From Myxococcota bacterium (lineage in GTDB: Bacteria > Myxococcota_A > UBA9042 > PHBI01 > JAWLBL01): DNA of 64,000 nucleotides. The stretch spans positions 32,001-96,000 of the forward strand of contig JAWLBL010000019.1 of assembly GCA_041687695.1 (NCBI GenBank). Direction: 5' to 3'. The notes beneath the pieces are model-generated. The model did no database searches, was not told the DNA's origin, and saw only the letters and a program-made list of their open reading frames with translations. Both the position numbers and the translations under genes were made by a program. Below, in pieces: positions 9,481 through 17,218 of the stretch (its first letter is position 1; every line of letters starts with the position of its first letter).

Positions 9481-11465
9481 CAGGGGCTCTCGTCGCCGAG
9501 CGCGGCCTGCGCCTTCTGGAGCTGGGTCGCGAGCGTGGAGCTGGCGGAGACCGTCTCCTCGTAGTGGTCGCGATCGGGGCCGCTGAGCAGGCTGACCTTC
9601 AGGTTGAAGTCGTTCTCGGGGATGATGTAGCTGAGGTAGTCGCCCGCGTTGCCGATGACCAGCCGATACGGCGTGTCGGGGAGCAGCTGAACCAGCGGCG
9701 GCGTGCTCGCAGGGTCGGGCGCGTGATGATAGGGCACGTCGTGCATGCGCAGGCAGTCGCAGTCGCCGACGGCGAGCTCGAGGCGGCAGGCCTCGTAGTC
9801 GACGGCGTCGCACTCGGGCGGGTGCTGCGGGAAGTAGACCGAGTCGCGGCCCTCGGTCGTGCCGCGCTGCGTCGGGTCGGCGGACTCGGCCTGCCAGCGC
9901 GGGTCGTCGGTGGGCAGCCCGTGGAAGACCTCGGGCAGCAGCTCGCCGGGCGCGGTCATCACCGAGAGCGGCCCCAGGCGTAGGCGCCAGGTGCGGGTGT
10001 CCAGGCAGCCCAGATCGAACGGGTCGGTCGGGTCGTGGCCGGGGCACGCCTCGGGGTCCTGGATGAGCTGCTCGACCTCGCCGTCGATGAGCCCCGAGAG
10101 CGCGACGAAGCCCCAGGCCATGTTGTCGACGTGGACGCGCATGGGGGCGACGCGCACCTCGAACGGCTCGAGCGTGACCGGCTCGGCGCCCGCGAGGGCC
10201 GACAGGGCCGCGTCGGCGACGTGGACGCCCGCGCTGAAGGTGATCTCCCAGGTGTCGCTGGGCGCCCAGGTGGGCTCGGGCTCTCCGCCGGCGTCGGTGG
10301 TCATGACCCACTGGCCGTCCTCGTCGACCAGCGGCGTCGGGGCGCCGAGCATCGACTGCATGCCGCCCAGGCACTCGGGGACGAAGACGGCCGTGCCGCC
10401 CAGGGCGTCCTCGAGCTGCTCGCGGGCGACGCCGACCCAGTCGGCCGAGATGAGGCGGTTGGACGAGCCCCACACCTCGGGGTGCCCCGAGTAGTTGAGC
10501 AGGGTGGCGATCCCCTCGTGGGTCTCGGGGTCGCGGGCGTGCATCGCGAAGACCCGCGTCGACGCGACGACCGGATCCCGACCGTCGTGGGTCAGGCCGT
10601 GGACGCGCGCCTTGGGGTTGGTGCCGCCGAAGTGGGCGCCGTTGAACCAGGGCGAGACCTCGGCCAGGTCGCGCATCCCCATGACCACCTCGGCGGGACG
10701 CACGGCGGCGGCGGCCGCCCGGACCGAGGCGACCATCGCCTGGACCACGCGGGCCTGGTAGGCCGGGTCGAAGCCCGGCTCGAGCTGGCCGTTGTCGAGG
10801 TCGACCAGCCCCCAGATGCCGATGGTGTCGGGCCCCTGGTGGACGTGGCTGGTCGAGGCGATGAAGCGGTCGGGGTCCATCCCGTCCTCGGCGGCGAGCA
10901 CGGCCGCGGCCTCGTCGATGCGGAACTGCAGCAGGCCCACCAGATCGAGTCCGGTCAGCACCAGGTACTCGCCGTTGCGGACGACGACCATCGTGCGCAC
11001 CGAGAGCGGGTCGTGCACGCCGGCGGCGGCCCGCTTGGGTCCGAAGCCGCCGATCCAGACCGCGTCGAAGCGGCCGTTGCCGTTGACGTCGTCGAACGGC
11101 TCGGCGCAGCCGGGCTTTTCGGCCTTGGGGTCGTCGATGCAGCCGTCGAACTCGGCGTCGCCGTCGAGGTCCGAGAACGTCTCGAGGACCTCGGGCGTGA
11201 TGTCGATCGAGGCCACGCCGACCCAGGTCACGCCGTCGACGCCCATGGGCAACCCAAGCGGCGTGGGTGACGGGGCCACGTCGCCGCCCGAGTCGGTCGT
11301 GACGACCTCGGCGCCGTCCTCGGCGGTGTCGGTGGCCGGCGACGCGTCGTCGTGGGCCACCGCGTCGGAGACGTCGCCACCCTGAGAGGGTGGGGGCGCC
11401 GGATCGCTACCGCATGCGGCGGCGATGACGAGCAGCGTGGCGAAGAGGGGCGAAGGGCGGCGCAA
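9480..11465 (-). CDS. Lipoprotein, neutral/alkaline ceramidase-like hydrolase
   Basis: Lipobox AAAC; GVHDPLSVR, STSHVHQGPD, NYSGHPE, ISADWVG, PGELLPE and HYEETVS motifs resemble the ceramidase N-terminal domain family. Confidence 0.7.
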   Translation of the reverse strand: MRRPSPLFATLLVIAAACGSDPAPPPSQGGDVSDAVAHDDASPATDTAEDGAEVVTTDSGGDVAPSPTPLGLPMGVDGVTWVGVASIDITPEVLETFSDLDGDAEFDGCIDDPKAEKPGCAEPFDDVNGNGRFDAVWIGGFGPKRAAAGVHDPLSVRTMVVVRNGEYLVLTGLDLVGLLQFRIDEAAAVLAAEDGMDPDRFIASTSHVHQGPDTIGIWGLVDLDNGQLEPGFDPAYQARVVQAMVASVRAAAAAVRPAEVVMGMRDLAEVSPWFNGAHFGGTNPKARVHGLTHDGRDPVVASTRVFAMHARDPETHEGIATLLNYSGHPEVWGSSNRLISADWVGVAREQLEDALGGTAVFVPECLGGMQSMLGAPTPLVDEDGQWVMTTDAGGEPEPTWAPSDTWEITFSAGVHVADAALSALAGAEPVTLEPFEVRVAPMRVHVDNMAWGFVALSGLIDGEVEQLIQDPEACPGHDPTDPFDLGCLDTRTWRLRLGPLSVMTAPGELLPEVFHGLPTDDPRWQAESADPTQRGTTEGRDSVYFPQHPPECDAVDYEACRLELAVGDCDCLRMHDVPYHHAPDPASTPPLVQLLPDTPYRLVIGNAGDYLSYIIPENDFNLKVSLLSGPDRDHYEETVSASSTLATQLQKAQAALGDESP

Positions 11466-11547
11466 CGTGGGCTCCTTGTCGGTCGGTCGGAGTCGCCTCC
11501 GAGGGACGTGGAGGAGCCCGCGTCATGGCAGCCGCGCCGGGCCTCCG

Positions 11548-12060
11548 TCAGCGCCGGAAGTAGTCGACGTGATCGATGGGGTCGAACTGGGCGAGGCGCT
11601 CCTGGCGGCCGAGCAGGGGCTGGCCACCGGCGAGGCGCTCCTCGGCCCCGGCGAGCTGCCGGGCGACCTGACGGACGAGGGCGACCTCGTCGTCGGGCGT
11701 GCGCCGCTGGCCGTCGCCGCCGTCGTTCATCAGGAACAGGTCGACGCGACCGGTGCTGGCGATGGCGCGCGAGTTCGGCTCGGCCGCGCAGATGCCGATG
11801 TTCGCCTGACGGCCGCTGGCCGCGTGGCGCGCCACGACGCGCAGGGCCCCCGCCTCGACGCCCGTGACCTCTTCGACGGCCCAGCCGTCCTCGAGATCGA
11901 GCCCACCCGGCAGGGCAGCTCGCACTTCGGCGGTCAGCGCGGCGCCGGGCGCAGCGGCGCGCGCCGCGCTGGGCAGGTTGGCCAGCACGAGGCCGGCGGC
12001 GGACGCGGCGATGAAGGTTCGCCGGTCGAGCCCGTTACTCTGGTCCTTTTGGCCGGACAT
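11548..12060 (-). CDS. Small Tat-exported hypothetical protein
   Basis: Twin-arginine signal DRRTFI + hydrophobic stretch + ARA; GGGAGGG SD upstream; divergent from the second rSAM operon. Confidence 0.8.
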   Translation of the reverse strand: MSGQKDQSNGLDRRTFIAASAAGLVLANLPSAARAAAPGAALTAEVRAALPGGLDLEDGWAVEEVTGVEAGALRVVARHAASGRQANIGICAAEPNSRAIASTGRVDLFLMNDGGDGQRRTPDDEVALVRQVARQLAGAEERLAGGQPLLGRQERLAQFDPIDHVDYFRR

Positions 12061-12131
12061 CACGGTTCCCTCCCCCCACTCGGTGCGGTCGTCTCTATTG
12101 CCTGTCGGACGGGTGCCTGTGTCAGGTCAGG

Positions 12132-12160
12132 AGCGTGCCAGTCGACCAGAGTCCTGTCAA
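12132..12160 (-). promoter_or_regulatory. Putative sigma70-type promoter for the Tat protein gene (TTGACA-N17-CACGCT)
   Basis: Perfect -35 hexamer on the minus strand at 12160-12155, 17-nt spacer, weak -10. Confidence 0.4.
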
Positions 12161-12267
12161 CGCGACCAACCGTCGACGTGGCGGCCTTCTGTATCCGTGG
12201 GCGTAACGTGTCGAGGCGGGCGGGAGGGCGCGGGGGCGACGGCTCGGGTGGGGGGATGGTGCGCAAG

Positions 12268-12297
12268 TTGCCTCACGGCCTCCCGTTTTGCTAGGGT
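12268..12297 (+). promoter_or_regulatory. Putative promoter of the second rSAM operon (TTGCCT-N18-TAGGGT, extended -10 TG)
   Basis: Hexamers 34 nt upstream of the proposed TTG start at 12332. Confidence 0.4.
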
Positions 12298-12331
12298 AGC
12301 GCCGGGGCGACGGACAGGCCAGGGAGCCCAG

Positions 12332-13090
12332 TTGGCGCAGGGGCTGACAGAGGCGCCGATCGTCAGGAGCGGATACGGGTGCAACAGCGCCTGCCGCTTC
12401 TGTGATCAGGGCGATTGGCGGACCACCCGTGGGGACCGCGCGGCCGACGAGGTCGCCGACGCGGCCGTTCGCGCGGGGCAGGGCGGCGGCGTGGTCGTCT
12501 TCTCGGGCGGCGAGGTGACGATGCGGCCCGAGCTCGCCGAGTGGGTCAGGCTCGCCCGAGGCGCCGGCGCCAAGCGCGTCCTCGTCCAGACCAACGGCCG
12601 CATGCTCGCCTACCCGGGGGTCGCGCAGCAGCTCCGCGACGCCGGCGTCGACGTGTTCGCCGTGGCGCTGCACGGCCACGTGGCCGAGCTGCACGACTGG
12701 CTGACCCGCACGGAGGGCAGCTTCGAGCAGGCTGTCAAGGGCGTGCGGCGGGCGCGGCAGGCCGGCGCGTCGATCATCGTCAACACGGTCGTCACGCGGC
12801 CGGGCTATCGGCACCTGGGCGAGATGGCGGCGCTCCTGTTCGGCGCGCTGGGCGCCTCGGGCTGGCGCCTCATCTGGCCGCGTCCCGAGGGCGAGCTGGC
12901 CGGCGGCCCCGCCGGCCTCACCCCCGAGCCCACGCTGGTGGCGCCGCACGTGGCGCGCGCCCGCGCCATCGCCGAGCGCGCCGGCAAGCGCCTGTGGCTC
13001 GAGCTGCCGGAGGCCGCGCTGGCCCCGGCGGCCTCTCCGGGCCCCGCACCCGAACCGGCCGAGGAGTCCTCCGATGTCCGTGTCGCCTGA
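12332..13090 (+). CDS. Short radical SAM protein (core domain only)
   Basis: TTG start after GGGAG; CNSACRFC, SGGEVT, QTNGRMLAY and ALHGH motifs; 252 aa; no C-terminal Cys cluster. Confidence 0.85.
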   Translation: MAQGLTEAPIVRSGYGCNSACRFCDQGDWRTTRGDRAADEVADAAVRAGQGGGVVVFSGGEVTMRPELAEWVRLARGAGAKRVLVQTNGRMLAYPGVAQQLRDAGVDVFAVALHGHVAELHDWLTRTEGSFEQAVKGVRRARQAGASIIVNTVVTRPGYRHLGEMAALLFGALGASGWRLIWPRPEGELAGGPAGLTPEPTLVAPHVARARAIAERAGKRLWLELPEAALAPAASPGPAPEPAEESSDVRVA

Positions 13091-14816
13091 GACGAGCGCC
13101 CCGCGCCCCGGACCGCGCGCGGTCATCGACGAGGAGATGCAGGCCGAGCTGGCCCGCGCCCTCGAGGTCAAGGACCTGACCAAGGAGGCCGCCGTCAAGC
13201 ACGCGCGGCACTGGGTCCGCCTGACGCGCCTGTGCAACCAGCGCTGCATCTTCTGCCTCGACTCGTGGAACCACAACGGGACCTACGTCGATACGCAGCA
13301 GCTGATGCAGTACATCGATCTGGGCAAGGCGCTGGGCCGCGAGCGGCTCATCCTGTCGGGCGGCGAGCCGACCATCCACCCGGACTACGTCAAGCTGCTC
13401 AAGCACGGCAAGAAGGCCGGCTACGACTGGATCCAGACCGTCACCAACGGGATGATGTTCGCCTACCCCGAGTTCGCGCGCCGCTGCATCCAGGCGGGGC
13501 TGAACGAGGTGACCATCTCGATCCACGGCCACACGCCCAAGCTGCAGGACCGCCTGGTCGGCGTCCCCGGCGCCTTCGACAAGGCCATCGAGGGCATCAA
13601 GAACATCCAGGCCCTGTCGGGCGGGCGGACGGTCGTCAACATCGACGTCGTCATCAACAAGCAGAACGTGCCGCACCTGCGCGAGATCATCGATCTGTTC
13701 CGCGGGATGGGCATCCACGAGTTCGATCTGCTGTACATCGTCCCCTTCGGGCGCGGGTTCTCCGAGTACCGGTCGCAGCTGTACTTCGACCTGGGCGAGC
13801 ACTACGACGATCTCCAGCGGGCGTTCGAGGTCTCGAAGGAGCCGGGGGTCTACATCTGGACCAACCGGCTGCCGGTCGAATACCTCGAGGGCTACGAGCA
13901 CCTCATCCAGGACCCGCACAAGCTGCACAGCGAGGTCCAGGGCGGGTTGCACAACTTCCAGGGCTACCTGGAGATGGGCACGCCGCCGGACTGTCACGGC
14001 GAGCGGTGCGGCCACTGCTTCCTGAAGGGCCTGTGCCACGATCAGATGTTCGAGTACCGGCAGCGGCTCGAGGCGCGGGCGTTCGACCGGGTGCGGGTCG
14101 ATCTCGACGTGCCGGTGCCCAGCACGCGGGCGGCCATCGCCCTGGACACGCAGCGCCCGCGCGTCGTGCACGTGCAGGGGGCCGACGCCGCGGCGATTCG
14201 CGAGTGGATCGAGGGGCATCCGTACCGTGACGAGGCGTACGCGCCCGAGCTGGTGGCCGAGCCGCGCGACGAGGCGACCAGCGCCGAGCTGATGGACGAC
14301 GCGGGCCTGGCGCGGGTGGTCGCCAACACGCCGGCGGCGCTCGAGCGCTTGCTGGCCGCGGCGCCCGAGGGCCGGGGGCCGGCGGTCGAGGCGCGGCTGA
14401 CCGCCGAGACGGCGCGCTGGCTGCAGGACAACGAGCCCCTGGCGCGCCCCTGGATCGAGGCCGACCGCCTGGTCGGGCACCTGCCGAACTTCGAGTACGT
14501 CTCGGGCGTGCGCGACAACGGCGTCGGCGGCGACGAGCTGCGCGCCCTGGCGGCGATGGGGCTGCGGCTGATGAACGTCGCGCCGTGCATCGGCGGGGCC
14601 AAGGCCGAGCCCGGCGCCCACCACGCCCTGTCGCGCGACATGCTGGACGACAAGGGGCGGCTGTCGGTCACCCCGTACGTGCAGCGCTACATCGAGGGCG
14701 AGTACTACAAGAAGAGCCTGCGCTGCCGCGGCTGCGCGCTGACCGAGACGTGCCGCGGGATGCACATCAACTTCCTGCGCGCCCACGGGTTCGCCCAGCT
14801 CCAGCCGGTCGGGTGA
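13074..14816 (+). CDS. Radical SAM protein (large, two extra Cys clusters); paralog of 948..2801
   Basis: CNQRCIFC, LSGGEPTIHP; central CHGERCGHCFLKGLC; C-terminal KSLRCRGCALTETCRGMH; GAGGAG SD. Confidence 0.92.
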   Translation: MSVSPETSAPRPGPRAVIDEEMQAELARALEVKDLTKEAAVKHARHWVRLTRLCNQRCIFCLDSWNHNGTYVDTQQLMQYIDLGKALGRERLILSGGEPTIHPDYVKLLKHGKKAGYDWIQTVTNGMMFAYPEFARRCIQAGLNEVTISIHGHTPKLQDRLVGVPGAFDKAIEGIKNIQALSGGRTVVNIDVVINKQNVPHLREIIDLFRGMGIHEFDLLYIVPFGRGFSEYRSQLYFDLGEHYDDLQRAFEVSKEPGVYIWTNRLPVEYLEGYEHLIQDPHKLHSEVQGGLHNFQGYLEMGTPPDCHGERCGHCFLKGLCHDQMFEYRQRLEARAFDRVRVDLDVPVPSTRAAIALDTQRPRVVHVQGADAAAIREWIEGHPYRDEAYAPELVAEPRDEATSAELMDDAGLARVVANTPAALERLLAAAPEGRGPAVEARLTAETARWLQDNEPLARPWIEADRLVGHLPNFEYVSGVRDNGVGGDELRALAAMGLRLMNVAPCIGGAKAEPGAHHALSRDMLDDKGRLSVTPYVQRYIEGEYYKKSLRCRGCALTETCRGMHINFLRAHGFAQLQPVG

Positions 14817-14822
14817 CCGCGG

Positions 14823-16013
14823 ATGGCGAACATCGGCTACATCCAGGTCGTCCGGCACTGCAACCACTTCTGCGGGTTCTGCTCGAACCCCACCACGCCC
14901 TACGTCCACACCTTCGAGACGATGAAGGTGCTGGTCGACGACTTCGTCCGGCGCGGCTACTTCGGCGTCATCCTGACCGGCGGCGAGCCGACCCTGCACC
15001 CCGAGCTGCCGCGCATCGCCGGCTACGCGCGCGACCAGGGGCTGCACGTGCGCATGATCACCAACGGGTGGCGGCTGGCGGACCCCGACTTCGCCCGCGA
15101 GCTGGCCGAGGCGGGCCTGCAGCACGTGCACGTGTCGGTCTACTCGGTGCGACCCGAGGTCGAGGCGCAGCTGCGAGGGCTGCCGAAGACGCTCGACAAG
15201 GCCTTCGCGGCCGTCGACAACGCCTACCGCTTCGGGCTGACCGTCGACGTCAACTGCGTCATCAATAGGCTCAACGCCGACCACCTCGACGAGAACATCC
15301 GCTACTGGATGACCCACCACCCGCAGGTCCGCCACTTCGTGTGGAACAACCTGGACCCGTCGATGGGGCGCGCCGAGGTCAACCAGGACCAGTACACGCC
15401 GCGGCTGGCCGACTTCGAGGCGTCGCTGTATCGCGCGCTGCGCCTGCTGCACGGGTCGGGGCGCACCTTCCGCGTCGAGCGCGTGCCGCTGTGTTACATG
15501 GCCGAGTTCGCCTGGGCCAGCACCGAGACGCGCAAGATCGTCAAGGGCGAAGAGCGCATCGTGCACTTCCTGGACGCCAAGCAGACGGTGCGCCAGACCG
15601 ACTGGGGGCACCACTACGACAGCGCCTGCGACGTGTGCTCGGTGCGCGGCATCTGCGGCGGCCTGTACGACAAGGGCGGGGCCTACGACCCGGCCGAGCT
15701 GGCGCCGCTGTTCGTGTCGCCCGACGCCATCGTCGAGCACATCATCACCGACCCGAGCGACCCCAGCTATCGGCTGCGGACGCTGGCCGAGTGGAAGGCC
15801 GACTTCGAGGCGCGGCGGCAGGCGCAGGTGAAGGCCGCCGCCGAGGCCGAGGCGCGGCGCAGCGTCGCGGGGCTGTCGGTCGGGGTCGTGACCGAGGAGG
15901 GGCAGCGCCTGTTCGAGAAGAAGCGGAAGGCCGAGGCCAAGATGGCGGCGCGGCTGGGCGTCGCGCAGGAGCGCCAGGATCGGCCGGACGCGGCGGGCGA
16001 GGGGGCGCCGTGA
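14823..16013 (+). CDS. Radical SAM protein, HxsC-like, with CxxCx5CxG and a charged helical tail
   Basis: CNHFCGFC, TGGEPTLHP, ITNG, RVPLC and CDVCSVRGICGG motifs. Confidence 0.9.
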   Translation: MANIGYIQVVRHCNHFCGFCSNPTTPYVHTFETMKVLVDDFVRRGYFGVILTGGEPTLHPELPRIAGYARDQGLHVRMITNGWRLADPDFARELAEAGLQHVHVSVYSVRPEVEAQLRGLPKTLDKAFAAVDNAYRFGLTVDVNCVINRLNADHLDENIRYWMTHHPQVRHFVWNNLDPSMGRAEVNQDQYTPRLADFEASLYRALRLLHGSGRTFRVERVPLCYMAEFAWASTETRKIVKGEERIVHFLDAKQTVRQTDWGHHYDSACDVCSVRGICGGLYDKGGAYDPAELAPLFVSPDAIVEHIITDPSDPSYRLRTLAEWKADFEARRQAQVKAAAEAEARRSVAGLSVGVVTEEGQRLFEKKRKAEAKMAARLGVAQERQDRPDAAGEGAP

Positions 16014-17218
16014 GCGCGCTGGGGGCCGGGCTGCTGATGCCCGACGGCGGCGGAGACGGGGCGACGCGCCGGCTGGTCTTGCGCCTGGTCAAGAAGCTGG
16101 CTCGGGATCTGATGACGCTGCCGCCCGCGGCGGTGCCGGCCGAGCTGGGCGGGGCCTTCGCCCAGGCGGCGCAGCTGGTGCGGCGGCTGGGCGAGGCGAA
16201 CGCGCGCGGGCTGTTCGCGGTGCTGCGGCGGCCGCAGGTGCACGTGCTGCTGACGTGCGCGTGGCGGGCCATCGAGGACGGCGACGTGCTCGACGCGCGG
16301 GCGCGGACGACGGCGCTGCTGGTGCAGCTGGGGTTCGAACTGGCGCTGGAGGGGGCGCTGCCCGAGGGCGCGGCGCTGCGGGTGCCCGTGCCGGCGCCCG
16401 ACGGGGTGCTGCGGTCGCCGAGCCGGCGGCTCGAGGTGGCGCTGCCCCGGCACGCGGGCCTGCGCTTCGAAAACGGCTTCGTCACGCTGGTGGGGCCCGG
16501 GACGCGGGTGCCGCTGGCGGGGCCGCCCAGCGAGCGGTTCCCCGAGGTGGCCCCCGGCGCGGTGTTGGCGCTGGTGGACAACAACCCGATCAGCGACTTC
16601 GAGGCGCACCCGGACAAGCAGGGCAACGCGCTGTCGCTGGGTGACGCGCCGGCGTCGGCCTGGACGGCGTCCATCGCCGAGGGGCTGGCCCTGGTGGGGC
16701 GGTGGCTGCCCGATCTGCGCGAGGAGATGGGGCTCGTCCTGCAGCAGCTGGTCCCGGTCGGCACCGACGACGAGAAGCACCTGTCGGCCAGCTACCGAGA
16801 GGCCATCGGCACCGTCTACCTGACGCTGCACCCGCGCCTGATGACCATGACCGAGGCGCTGATCCACGAGTATCAGCACAACAAGGTCAACATGCTGTTC
16901 CACGTGGACCCGGTGCTGCACAACGCCTACTGGCCGCTGTACACGTCGCCGGTGCGGCCGGACCCGCGGCCGCTGCATGGGGTGCTGCTGGCGGCGCACG
17001 CGTTCCTCCCTGTGGCCGAGCTGTATCGGCGCATGATGGAGGCGGGCGTCCCCGAGGCGACGCGGCCCGATTTCGTGGCGCGGGCGCGCCAGATCGTGCA
17101 GAAGAACGCGAGCGCGATGGCGACGCTCGAGGCGCACGCCGAGCCGACCGACGCCGGCCGCGTGCTGCTGGCCGAGATGACCGAGATGAACCGGAGGCAC
17201 CTCGCGTGGATGCCCTGA
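16010..17218 (+). CDS. HEXXH-motif peptide-modification enzyme (aKG-HExxH beta-hydroxylase-like)
   Basis: GTGA overlap with the upstream rSAM. EALIHEYQHNK followed by YTSPVRPDPRPLHGVLLAAHAF, the typical signature of the rSAM-associated HEXXH family. Confidence 0.88.
   Translation: MSALGAGLLMPDGGGDGATRRLVLRLVKKLARDLMTLPPAAVPAELGGAFAQAAQLVRRLGEANARGLFAVLRRPQVHVLLTCAWRAIEDGDVLDARARTTALLVQLGFELALEGALPEGAALRVPVPAPDGVLRSPSRRLEVALPRHAGLRFENGFVTLVGPGTRVPLAGPPSERFPEVAPGAVLALVDNNPISDFEAHPDKQGNALSLGDAPASAWTASIAEGLALVGRWLPDLREEMGLVLQQLVPVGTDDEKHLSASYREAIGTVYLTLHPRLMTMTEALIHEYQHNKVNMLFHVDPVLHNAYWPLYTSPVRPDPRPLHGVLLAAHAFLPVAELYRRMMEAGVPEATRPDFVARARQIVQKNASAMATLEAHAEPTDAGRVLLAEMTEMNRRHLAWMP

Noticed and set aside
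12125..12141. TGGCACG on the minus strand as a sigma54 promoter
   Set aside because: No GC at the required -12 position; a sigma70-like reading fits better.
877..17218. Search for an HxsA-type (His-Xaa-Ser repeat) or other short precursor peptide near the rSAM genes
   Set aside because: No HxS-repeat or leader/core-like small ORF was found in the intergenic gaps I read; the precursor is outside the window or not of this type.
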